In this document: positions 28,328-39,860 of the stretch, piece after piece
Layout of the letters: each line of letters begins with the position of its first letter
How positions within the stretch are numbered: position 1 is the stretch's first letter
Assembly: GCF_006345805.1 (NCBI RefSeq)
Contig: NC_043003.1
Span: 30,318,001-30,382,000 of the forward strand
Length of the DNA stretch: 64,000 nucleotides
Reading direction: 5' to 3'
Origin: Octopus sinensis
Taxonomy: Eukaryota
Notes under the pieces: model-generated
Told to the model about the DNA's origin: nothing
The model's input: the letters and a program-made list of their open reading frames with translations, nothing else
Database searches by the model: none
Program-made: the position numbers and the translations under genes

Positions 28328-28567
28328 ATGGTGGCATGTAAAAAACACCATCTAAGCATAGCCGTTGCCAGTACCACCTGACTGGCCCTCGTGCCGGTGG
28401 CACATACAAGCACCAACAACACTCACAGAGTGGTTGGTGTTAGGAAGGGCATCCAGCTGTAGAAACTCTGCTAGATCAAGATTGAGCCTGGTGCAGCCAT
28501 CTGGTTCACCAGTTGTCAGTCAAATCGTCCAACCCTTGCTAGCATGGAAAGCGGATGTTAAACGATG
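28328..28567 (+). mobile_element. RTE LINE 3' UTR fragment
   Basis: Same ggtggcacata..aagcacc / ggaagggcatccagctgtagaaac / gttaaacgatg sequence as 25860-26115. Confidence 0.85.
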
Positions 28568-28633
28568 AATATAAATATACATATATATATATATAAATAT
28601 AAATACATATACATATATATATAAATGCATATA

Positions 28634-28679
<46 letters not shown>

Positions 28680-29206
28680 CATACATGAATATAAAAATAC
28701 GTACATATACATATATGAATATAAATATACATACATATATGAATGTAAATATATACATACATATATGAATGTAAATATATACATACATATATGAATGTAA
28801 ATATATATATATATATATATGAATATAATATTATATATATATATATAATATATGAATATAAAATAATATATATGAATATAAATATATATATATATGAATA
28901 TAAATATATATATATATGAATATAAATATATATATAAAATAAATATATAAAATAAATATATATATATATGAATATAAATATATTATATATATATATATAC
29001 ACACATATATATATGAATATAAATGTATATATACAAATACAGATATTTATATGAATTTAAATATATATATATATATACGAATATAAATAAATATATACAA
29101 ACACACACACATATGTATATATATATATGAATATATACATATATATATATATATACACATACATATATATACATACATATACATACATACATATATATAT
29201 ACATAC

Positions 29207-29241
<35 letters not shown>

Positions 29242-29439
29242 CATACATATATATACGTATATATATATATATATATACGTATATATATACATACATATGT
29301 ATACATAGAATATTGCATTGTTTTACATTATTTTATTCTTTCCGGAATAATACCAATGCTTTTTTCTTTGAAACATGTCGGAAGGATGAAGATTTGAATA
29401 ACACCTGCGTTTAACTCTGTTTTTTATATATATACATAC

Positions 29440-29490
<51 letters not shown>

Positions 29491-29500
29491 GTTTACATAT
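28568..29500. repeat. (TA)n/(ATATGA)/(TACA)n microsatellites
   Basis: Direct inspection; a short unique interval lies at ~29315-29420. Confidence 0.9.
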
Positions 29501-29504
29501 ATAC

Positions 29505-30740
29505 ATACATGGTGTGTGGACCTGCACAGAGAGGAAGTGCTCAGCCAGCTTCAAAATCCCCATTTCTATCGCCTCCCCTCCTCTGACCCCACCTCCTCCC
29601 ACCAACAGTGCATGTGCTCCACCATCCATTACCTTGTCTCCTCTTCTGCCCTCCCCCCAACCTCATCATCCGAACACCTCGTAATTCTATTTCATTCCCA
29701 AAATACATAAACCCGACAACACTGGCTGCCCCGTTGTTTCTGCCTGCAATTGCCCCACAGAACTCATTTCAAAATACCTCAACCGCATCCTGTCCCCTTC
29801 AGTTGCTACCCTCCCATCCCATATACATGACACCTATCACACCCTTCGCCTTTTCAATTCCTTCTCCTTCTCTTCCGGCCCCTCACACCTCTTCACCTTG
29901 GACATCAAATCCCTATACATGGTGATTCCCCACAACGACGGTCTCTTTGCTCTCCAATACTTCCATGACCATCGCCCTGACCCTACACCCAGTACTTCCA
30001 CACTTCTCCATCTGGCAGAGCTCATCCTCACCTTCAACTGCTTTATGTTCACTGGGGAGATCAACCAATAGAATGGGCCCCAATTTTGCCAAACTATTTG
30101 TTGATTGATCACATTGAGGCCCAAGTATACAGAACTATACAGCTGCTACATTGATAACTGTATAGGCACCACCTCCCTCTCCCGCTAACAACTCTGCCAC
30201 TTCATCTCTTTTCTCTCTAACTTTCACTCTTCTCTCCAATTTACCTCTACCATCTCTAACACCTCAGTTAACTTCCTAGATATCTCTCTTACCATTGACC
30301 TCTTCACCCACTCTCTCACTACCTCTGCCTTCTTCCAACCCAGATTCTCACCTCTACCTCAACCTTTCTTCCTCCCATACCTCCCACACCAAATGGGCCA
30401 TCTCCTACTTCCAGTTCCTCTGCCTCTGACGCTTGTACAGCCGGGACCAGGATTTCGGGACCCAGTCCCAGAACCTTACCTGCCTGCTCATGCATCAAGA
30501 ATACCCCTCAACCCATATCCAAACCACCCTTGTCTAATCAATCGCACCACTGCGATGAACACCCCCATCACCTGTCATTTCTGCTTGGCCAACCACTCCA
30601 TCTCTAATATCTCCATTTTTGTCCTCATACTGCACCACAGATCCACACATTCAGGACTCTGTCTTGAACAGCATTACATTTTCAGTCTACACACACAGAT
30701 TCCTTTTGGACTCAACACAACCCCCTCCTCTTAACAACTG
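29505..30740 (+). mobile_element. Degraded Penelope-like element RT region
   Basis: Frameshifted motifs KIHKPDNTGCPVVSACNCPTELISKYL, FTLDIKSLYMVIPHNDGL, STLLHLAELILTFNCF and VNFLDISL, typical of PLE RTs. Confidence 0.8.
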
Positions 30741-31381
30741 CCTCGACAAATTCCTTAAAGAAAAAAGCAACTTTTTATTTTATTTTATTTTACCTTATTT
30801 TATCCTCTCTTAAACCTACTTACTTTTTTTACAGTCACACTTTTTTTGAATTTTTATCACTTTCTTTCTGTCAAATTGTTTAACCTTTTACTTGCATTAA
30901 TTTTTTTATAATTGTATTAATTTCTATTCTATCCCTTTAATTTTAATTATTTTATTTCTTATCATGTATCTGCTATCTTTTATAATTTTTATTCATTTAT
31001 TTTTACATCTACCCTTCCCCCTTTTTTATTGATCTTATTTTATTATATTTTATTTTAGTTTACACGCATACATACATACACACGTACATATACAAACACA
31101 TACCTCCCATGCACACACACACACACACAAACAGAATGTATATACCTCCACACTACCCCACTCACACATATACACACATATACATACACAAACGCATGAA
31201 TGCAAATATACCTCCGCCCACACACATGAACATGCATACACACACATACCTAATACACACCTACATGCACACACACAACACACACTCATATATACACGCA
31301 CACAATTATACATATATAGGCATGTACACACACAAGAATACGCATATGACTCCACACACACACATGCAGACACATTTTGCT

Positions 31382-31723
31382 ACCAGTGGCCTAGCATGTA
31401 TAAAATAATCAATAGACATATTATTCATATAAAATTAGTGTATATTTAAGCACAAAAGAGGTGACCCTAACAGGACACATAACATGCTAGAAGGAACAGT
31501 CAAAATCCAAACCATGGTTAAAAGCAATTTTGAAGGGAATGAAAAATAAAAACATTTACCATATTTTTCCCTATATTTTGTTACCATATGGTAAATGTTT
31601 TTGTTTTTCATTCCCTTCGAAATTGCTCTTAACTGTGGTGTGGATTTTAACTGTTTCTTCTAGTATGTAAGGTGTCTTGTTCGGGTCATCTCCTTTGTGT
31701 TTAAATGTACACTAATTTTATAT
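31382..31723. repeat. Fold-back element: 45-nt leader plus a ~297-bp imperfect palindrome (31427-31723)
   Basis: atataaaattagtgtatatttaagcac.. is the reverse complement of ..gtgtttaaatgtacactaattttatat. Spacer ~20 nt near 31565-31585. Confidence 0.85.
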
Positions 31724-31799
31724 ATATAATTATATATATACACATATATACATACATACATAAACACACACACATATTTTTTTTTATTTTTTAAAAGGT

Positions 31800-32981
31800 T
31801 TAATAAAAACCAACAACTAATTAATCAATGATGTATTCACCCTTGTTGTTTACAACTTCTTCCCAACATTCAACAAGATTTTCAATACCTCATTGGTAGA
31901 AATCACCTGATTTTGACTTGAAAAAATGATCCAACCAAGCTCTCAATTCTGCATCAGTATTCAACGAAACTCTGCACATAGCTTTGGAAAGAGATAAAAA
32001 GAGGTGGAAATCCATTGGTGCCAAATCAGGAGAGTATGGCGGGTGTGGCAGCACTTCACAGCCATATGTTTGAATGGCTTCCTTGGTCATATTGGCGATA
32101 TGAGGGTGGGCGTTGTTGTGTAGCAGAACTCCATGCTGCCAATTAGGTCTTTTCTCTTGAATAGCCATGTTGAGCTGTTCCATCTGTTCAAGAGAGTTGC
32201 GCATTGACCGTTTTGTTCCATTCATCCCTTCTAAGTCCCACCATATGCACAACATCGTTTTACGCAAATGAAGATCTTGTTTCATGTGCAGTGTCGCTTG
32301 TTTACCGAAGTTAAGCCATTCTTTACGCTGCTTCATATTGATGTACAGCCACCATTTTTTGTCGCCAGTAATGATTCAATAAAGAAATCGTTGCTAGTGT
32401 CCATGAGTTGAGCGATGATGCGCAAGCAAACCAGCGGAGATTGTGGCTTGTTGATTTTTGTTGTCACTTAAAGCATGCAGAACCCATGCTCCATACTTCT
32501 GAACCTTTCCCATCGAGTGAAGATGCTTCTCTATGAAAGTGTGGGAGCATTCCATTTTCTCTGCCAGTTCCCTTGTCGTTTGACGAGAATTTTCATGCAA
32601 AAGTCTTCATCTAACTCAACTGGACGACCAGAACGAGGTGCGTTTGAGATTAAAATTTCCATTTTTGAACTTGGCATACCAATCACGAGCGGTTCTTTCA
32701 GCTATGGCACCCTCTCCATCCACAGCACAAATGTCACGAACAGCTTTTGCAGCCTTAGAACCTTGATTAAAAGCAAAAAGAAGGAGGTGTTGAAAATGTT
32801 TGTTTTTCTTAATGTGACATTCCATTTTAATGATCTGAAAATTAACTAGAAAAAAAAAAAAAAAAAGATTCCAAAATGATTCAAAAATAGAATTCTTGAA
32901 AAAAAATACATTCCAAAATTTAAAAACTCGATAAATTCCGAAATTTAAAAACACAGCAGGAAATTAGTTGCCAACTCAATA
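31800..32981 (-). mobile_element. Mariner transposon (D34D type), frameshifted
   Basis: Peptides: HLLLFAFNQG..AAKAVRDIC, TTRELAE, WVLHALS, TGDKKW, MLCIWWD and YSPDLAPMDFHLF. One TIR is clear (caggaaattagttgccaactcaata, 32957-32981); the other is decayed. Confidence 0.88.
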
Positions 32982-33033
32982 TATAAACATCTTTATATAT
33001 ATATATATATGTATATATGTGTGTATATATATA

Positions 33034-33078
<45 letters not shown>

Positions 33079-33648
33079 AACATATAAGCTTATATATATA
33101 GATGTGAATGTTACATGTAAAATACGAATGAAGATATGAAAAAATATAAAAGGAAAAACATTTAAAAATGAAAAATTTATAGATACAGGATTTAATTTAT
33201 AAATTAATATAATTAGAATGAATATACTAAACTTAATTTAAAATGTAAAAGTTAAAATGTAAAAGAAGAATATTTTCCATCTACCCCTGGATATCATGGC
33301 ACTAAATTGAACTAGTTCCAATTTCACTGGAATTTTTGTCATTCGTATTAGTTTCCATTTGTCTCTTAATTATCCTCTTCATTAGGATATATGTATCTCT
33401 TATAATGCTATATTTTCTTCTCATTAGTATATATTTTTTCTGCATTCGTATATATTTTTTCATTTATATATATATTTTTTAGGTGTAATTCACATTTAAT
33501 TCTTTAATTATGGCTTAAACTGCAGGGTTCAATAAATTTACATCTATTGTTTTGACATACTAGGAATTAATTTATACATGTTTAGTTTCATACACTTTAA
33601 AATTGGAATATATAATGATTAGATAAAGTTATAGATAGGGGATAGGTG

Positions 33649-33742
33649 GACCTGAAGATTGGAGTTGTATATAAGGGGAGGTTCTGTATGAGACTACTTA
33701 TCTCAGAAACATAGTATACAACCTCATGAAACACGTGTAGTC
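33649..33742 (+). ncRNA. Minimal type-I hammerhead ribozyme (HHR-3), best-preserved copy
   Basis: GAC-CUGAAGA-(UUGGAGUUGUAUA / UAUACAACCUCAU, 11 of 13 positions pair)-GAAAC-ACGU-GUA^GUC. The stem III region ACACGUGU is palindromic. Confidence 0.8.
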
Positions 33743-33867
33743 GAAAACTTTGAAAACGAATAGTAAGTATTAAATATAATATTCTATGATATGGTTGAAT
33801 TTGTATTCTGATTTGTTGAATTTTATGGGGGATTCCTGTCTCTAATTGATATACATACATGTATATA

Positions 33868-34115
33868 TATTTCAAAATAGAAAATTACCCTTTAACAGGT
33901 AATTTTACATGCTAGAAATAGCAGCCAACACGGTCCAAAAACCACAATTTTATAGCAAATTTTGAAGTAAATGAAAAATAAAAACCTTTACCTTAAGGTT
34001 TTTATTTTTCATTTACTTCGAAATTTGCTATAAAATTGTGGTTTTTTGGCCGTGTTGGCTGCTATTTCTAGCATGTAAAATTACCTGTTAAAGGGTAATT
34101 TTCTATTTTGAAATA
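33868..34115. repeat. Near-perfect 248-bp palindrome (~120-bp arms, 6-nt spacer)
   Basis: tatttcaaaatagaaaattaccctttaacaggt.. versus ..acctgttaaagggtaattttctattttgaaata; centre aaaacctt-tacctt-aaggtttt. Confidence 0.95.
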
Positions 34116-35277
34116 CAAATATGTTGTCTATTGACTTTTTATACATGCTAGGCCACTGGTGGTGATATTTATAACGAGTATTTGCCACCCTATACATATA
34201 TATATATTGTTATTTACTGTATCTGTAATTGTGGTGGATGTTTGGGTGCTAGTATTCTGGTTAGTGTTAGGATAGGTAGGGTTTACATTATGGTTTAAGG
34301 TATTGTGTTCGATGTTGGAGCTATGTATGTGTTGGGTGCTCATACATTCAGAGTTTTTTCGGCGTATATTTCGATAATGGAGAGTTTTTCTCTTTTAGAG
34401 GCTATTATGATAGACTTAAATTTATGAGGGGAGGAGCAGGATAGCTTTGAAGTAGATCTATTAAAGATAGAGTAATATTTATATTGACGAAGGAAGTAGG
34501 AGTCTAGTATATTAAAAAAGGATTTGGCTAAATTTTTAACTGTTAGTGAAGAGGTGTATACCATGGGATAGAGCATCCACCACTTTTTTCTGGTTGCTTA
34601 GGGGTAGTATAGTCAATATTTTTAGAAATTAGAGGGGGTTATATGGCCCAATATTGTTAGCTGTTTTAGCTTTTGACCTGGTGTTATGTGTATATGTCTT
34701 AATCTGGGTTCTCCTGAGGCTCTTGTATAGTGTATCTATAGTCTGTTATGATGGTTAGCATATTATGATACGAGTTGAGATATATGTTGCTTGACCCTCA
34801 TATTAAAGATATATTTTATTTGTTAAGTGAAGCTGCTGGCAGTGAGTGCTTGGTTGTAATATGGGGTGTGGTTATTGAATATTTCTTCAGTGGATGAGAG
34901 GTCAAATATACGAATCTAGAAACCCATAACTATATTACATAACTACATAACTATATGGATTTGTGGTGATTGGAATTAATGTTTAAGTACTTAAGGAACT
35001 GGTTGGGTTTGTGATATGGGATATTGGGAGGTTTCTAAGTTTAAAGTAACATCTAAAAAATTAGTAGTTTTGTAAGAATTTTCAAAAGTAATGGATAGGA
35101 TGAGGTTAGAAATTTGTGTAGATCTTTTCTAATTCATTCTAAAGAGGATTTATTAATGCCCCTGGTGACTAGCAAAGCGTCATCTCTGTATAGACCTCTC
35201 TTGATGTTAGGGAAGAGTATATGGAGCTGATGGAGTAGGTATAGTTCAAGGTCCGTGACTTGGGTGGAGTGAGATGA
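34116..35277 (-). mobile_element. Degraded Penelope-like element (RT C-terminus followed by GIY-YIG), 5'-truncated
   Basis: GLYRDDALLV, FLDVTLNL and SIFNRSTSKLSCS, then a YIG/RYKYH-like remnant. RT precedes EN. Confidence 0.75.
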
Positions 35278-35316
35278 TCGAAATATACAAATATACATAT
35301 ACACAAATATATACAT

Positions 35317-35349
<33 letters not shown>

Positions 35350-35539
35350 GACATACATACATATACACACATATATGCATACACACATATACACACATAT
35401 ATGCATACACACATATACACACATATATGCATACACACATATATGCATACACACATATACACACATATATGCATACACACATATACACACATATATGCAT
35501 ACACACACATATATATATACATATACACACACACACGTG

Positions 35540-35740
35540 TTTGTTCCCTAACCACTACTAGACAACTAATGCTGGTTTATGTCCCTGTAACTCAATGGTT
35601 TGGTAAAAAAAAAATCCCAATAGAATAAATGCCAGGTTTAAAAGTAAGACGAAAAAATAAGTGCTGGGGTCAATTAAATCAACTAAAACTCTTCAAGATA
35701 GTGCCCTGGCATGGCTACAATCCAATGATTGAAATAAGAC
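35540..35740 (+). mobile_element. SINE 3' part
   Basis: ctaatgctggtttatgtccctgtaact..aataagtgctggggtcaatt..gtgccctggcatggctacaatccaatgattgaaata, the same tail family as 44700-44860. Confidence 0.7.
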
Positions 35741-36926
35741 TTATATGACTTTCAACCAATGTATGCAAGCATGAAATAGGGGACATTAAAATGATGATGA
35801 CAATCAGTTACTGCTGTTAAGAAAACACTGCTGTAATATCCAATACTGACAACTCTATTTCCCTTCTTTTCTCAATAACTTCTGAAAACATAACTTGAAA
35901 CCAATAGCAGTTAAGTTATTGTGAGGTTCCCTTTATAGTACAACGACCTTCCTCATTGGTAACAAAAGAACACATGAGTTTTACATATATACACACACAC
36001 AAACTACAGATGTACACTGTATCTTTATACACAATACTGATGATGACTTTCATGGGCACACAAAGGGGGAGAGGATCAGACAGGCTAGTTTCAATCACCT
36101 TTTCTAGCAACTGCTTCCAGTGTTGTTGAATTAACATAGGTTTCTAAGTAGTTTCCCTTTAATTGAATAAACTACTATAATTTCTAGCTTGTGCAAATAT
36201 TGTACAAGGCCAACAATGATCATATTCTCACATTATTTTTGGTGGGTTTTTTTTAAAAACCCCAACCCCTCTCCCCATATTCACTACTATCCTAATATTC
36301 CACCAACTTCTCTTTATGTATAAGACTCAAAAAACTTCATTGCAACTAGGAATAATGTGAAATTCAGTCTACTCAGCTGAAAATGAATACCAGCCTGATG
36401 ACGTAGTTGACAAAGGGAGTTGAAGTAATTAACTGAACCCTCTGTCCAAATATTTATTGATCCTGTTCCATACTTTGTAACAATTTTTATTCTTGTAACT
36501 TTTCATAACTATTATAAATGTTATCATTATTATAACTATTCTTCAAACTGAATACTCATTAGGAGCTGACACACATGCAAGTTTGTTAATATTATTAGTA
36601 ATAGTTTGTTTTATGTCACGTGTGGTCCGAAAGGCCTTCTTTACTTCCTCCCATCACACTCCTCTCATGCACTTATCCCCTCTTCCTTCTCCTTCTACTG
36701 TATTCTTTTAAACTGGTGTATATAAAGGCTGCCTTTTGTCTTATACTGCCTATGAATGGACCAGCGAATTTCTTCAATAGAACTGGGTTTTATATTCAAG
36801 TAATTGATGCCTGCCAATCTAATAGAACATGTATACAATATATAAGGCATTAAACCAAATACGCTTTGTGTGTACCTTATATATATGCATATGATGTATG
36901 TTTATGAAAAAATGGGAAGGGTGATT

Positions 36927-38133
36927 AGGTAAGTGAGGCAAAATGAGTAAATTCTGATTTCTTTTCTCCTTACCTGTTTGAAACTATTGCATTGCAACAT
37001 CGTTTTGCATTGTTGCATCATCTTCAGAAGTAAAAATTGGTCAGAATAGTTATTATTGAAGTTGAGAGAGCTTGAAACATAGTCAGCTGACAGGTGCATT
37101 TTTTTTCAAGAAATTTTTCTTCAGCTTTGACCTGATTGTAATTAAAGTTGCTAATAAAATATCTGGATAATTTTTGACATTTAACAATCAACATTCATTT
37201 GTCTTTTGGATGCCAAATCAATTTTTTCCCATGCTAATGTCTGATTTGATCATTATCAATTTTCAGAAAAATTATGTTTAAAGTGAGGCAAAATAGATAA
37301 TGACTAATTTCAACAATTTCTTTTGTTTAATAAGCATGGTGCATAAATATATCAGGAAGAGAGCCACTCTAGCAGATCATGAAGAAGCTATAGAGAAAGC
37401 TTGTGACATGATACCTAAAGGTGTATCAACCTATCATGCAGCAACTACAACTAATGTCCCATATGAGAAACTTCAAAGACGAGTCAACAGTATCAACCAC
37501 TCTGACTGAATTGGCAATGGACGTGTGCTTTTGAAGAAAGAGGAGGAAGACAGTCAATACACTCTTGCTTTCATCTAGGTTAGTTTGGCCATGTGGGACA
37601 CAGGAAATTCAGAAAATAGATGTATCTAGACACAGCTGAGAAGAAAACCGTTTTTAAGAATAATGTACTGTGAGAAAAACTGCTTGACTAAGGCTCACAA
37701 GAAGAACCTTTCTGCAGAAAACACTAGCAAAGTTTTTTTATGTTGGCAGATGTTTTTTAAGAAGCTGGAATTTCTAATGACCAAAATACTAGTAGAAGGA
37801 ACTTTAAAGATGAAAGTGACTTTAATACAAACCCAGCCCAACGAAAACTTGAATGCACTTCTGATCTTTCTGATGTCTAAAGATAGATGTTGATGTGCAA
37901 GTCTTTTTTCAAGTGTAATTCAAAAAAAGTAAAAAGGCAAATTTATCTTACATTGTTTTACTCATTTTGCCCCACATAATCTCTCTTTTGTATGCTCAAA
38001 GACAATGGAGATAGTTTTCTGAAAGTGCTCTGAATATGTTATAGTTTTAAATGCATTTAGAGAAGGTCGATTGTAAATTTTTTTCGCTCCAAGTAAAAAA
38101 TGCAGTGTTACTCATTGTGCCCCACATATCCCC
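36927..38133 (+). mobile_element. Degraded pogo-like DNA transposon
   Basis: Terminal and subterminal inverted motifs gtg[a/g]ggcaaaatgagtaa / ttactcatt[t/g]tgccccac. psq-HTH-like peptide AIEKACDMIPKGVSTYHAATTTNVPYEKLQRRV. Confidence 0.6.
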
Positions 38134-38667
38134 CACAGGAAAGTGAAGACAATAACAAACTATGTCGTTGTAGTGGAATACGAGATAAAAACATGGAACA
38201 AGAGTGGATGAAAAAATAATAGAAGGGGAGGAGTTTGAAAGAGCTAGAATAAAAATAAAATAGAGTCCCTGAAAATTAGATTAACTTTGGTATTTCAATG
38301 AACGTAAACATCAGAGAGCATGAAGAAAATATAAATGAAGAGGTAAAAGAAAACAGGACTTTGTAGGGAACAGACATGGTGTAGATGAAATAGAAATGTA
38401 AATATGAGAGGTTTTATATAAATGTAGAACTATATTAAATCTATAGATGATACTTACATAATAATGTAGTTATATGAAATGAGTGATGTACTGAAGTAGC
38501 GATGAGGACATTGGTAAATTGAGCAGAACTTTCAACTACTTCTTGCAGGACATCTTAAATTTCTTCTTCTGGTTATTAAATAATCAATTTTTTATGTTAA
38601 TTTGTGATTACTGATACAGTCTAAATAGGTTAATAGAAAGAATATTATATCTACAATATTTATAAAT

Positions 38668-38870
38668 ATAATGGCGAGTGAAGGTAGACATACCGGAAGT
38701 CAATGATAACGTTGGAAGAATTGATTTCCAATCACTGGAGAGTTCTTTGCAAATCGTGGTGATTGTGTTTTTAGTGTCATAACATTCATCAAGTATTCTC
38801 TCGTCTTTACCATCTATATTAAGACATACTACATTTTCCATTTTGGCCTTCTTTATTCCTGCTGTTTAAT
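38668..38870. promoter_or_regulatory. Candidate core promoter / first exon
   Basis: YY1-like AATGGCG (38670-38676) and ETS CCGGAAGT (38693-38700). On the minus strand, ttccg|gtatgt is a good splice donor. Confidence 0.3.
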
Positions 38871-38883
38871 CCCAAGTCAGCAC

Positions 38884-39720
38884 TGATCCGGTGTTTTGAT
38901 AAAGGACAGTTGATTGGTAGATCTGTTTGCCCGTTGGGCAACATGCTTATGGAATTTGTCACGACCATTTCCATTTTGCATTCAATGACGTTGAGATTAA
39001 CTTTTACTCTTCATCGTTTCTTTTTTGGAATGGGTTTATCTTCTTTAATGCTTGTGTGGCGGAGATAAAGAATACGGAAACACCTCACCACCCACCCCCA
39101 TTTTCTTGCAAATTTGTTTGTTTAAAAAATGGGGGGGGGCAAAAACCCCCGTTTTCGGATAGAGGTTCCGGAAAACTGCAAAAAATCGGCATTGTTAAAT
39201 TTCTGCCTCCCCCTTTCCACCCTCAAATTCTTCAATTTTGACTTTTTTCCCCAACACTAACCCTAACCCTAAAACCCCAACCTTAACCGTAACTACAAAA
39301 ATGCTTTGAAATTTTTGTCCGAATTATAATGTCCGTATTTTTCCGCATATTTAGAAAAAAAAATTCTAAAATAAAAAATTTTACAAAAATTTTTGGAAAT
39401 TTTTTTCAGAATCATAATCTGCGTATTTTTCCGCATATTTTGAAAGAAAGAAAAATTTCTGAAAAAAGTAACAAATGAAGGAAATGGGGGTCGTAATTAA
39501 AAAATGCCGATCTTTGCCAATTTTTTTGCAGAATTGTATTTCCTCGTAGCCGAAAAGGGGTGTTTGTGTCGAAAAAGAAAATTTTAAAAGAAAGGGTGGT
39601 GGTGGTGGGGTCTTGCCAAGAATACACACACCATCTGTTTTCGGTGTAACCCTAACCTCCAAAAACGGGTGGTGTGCCTATTTTTCACCTTCGCCCAAAA
39701 GGCTGCCCAAATTCTTATCA
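38884..39720. repeat. Unclassified CpG-retaining repeat containing telomere-like (CCCTAA) units
   Basis: cactaaccctaaccctaaaaccccaaccttaaccgtaac at ~39256-39295 and gtaaccctaacc at ~39646. No ORF or TIR recognised. Confidence 0.35.
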
Positions 39721-39783
39721 AGGTTTATTGTGTTGAAGTAGATAACTTTTAACAAGCTGCACAGACTTTAATGTGAGGTGTAT

Positions 39784-39860
39784 GAAGTCCTATTTCTTAT
39801 TTGAAAAGCGAGAACAACTGATGTGACACGTCTGTTTTCAAATGTATATTGAAACCTTTT
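39784..39860 (+). ncRNA. Decayed type-III hammerhead ribozyme candidate in an RTE 5' UTR
   Basis: GAAGUC^ (39784-39789), stem I CUAUUUCU..GAGAACAA, CUGAUGU (A9 to U), stem II GACACGUCUG-UUUU-CAAAUGUAU, then GAAACCUUUU. Confidence 0.45.

Noticed and set aside
4710-29318. Dozens of long Y/I/M/C/V/H/T-rich ORFs (e.g. 15827-17812, 661 aa; 14934-16280, 448 aa)
   Set aside because: They are translations of (TA)/(CA)/(TACA) microsatellites, which lack stops in several frames. No coding signal.
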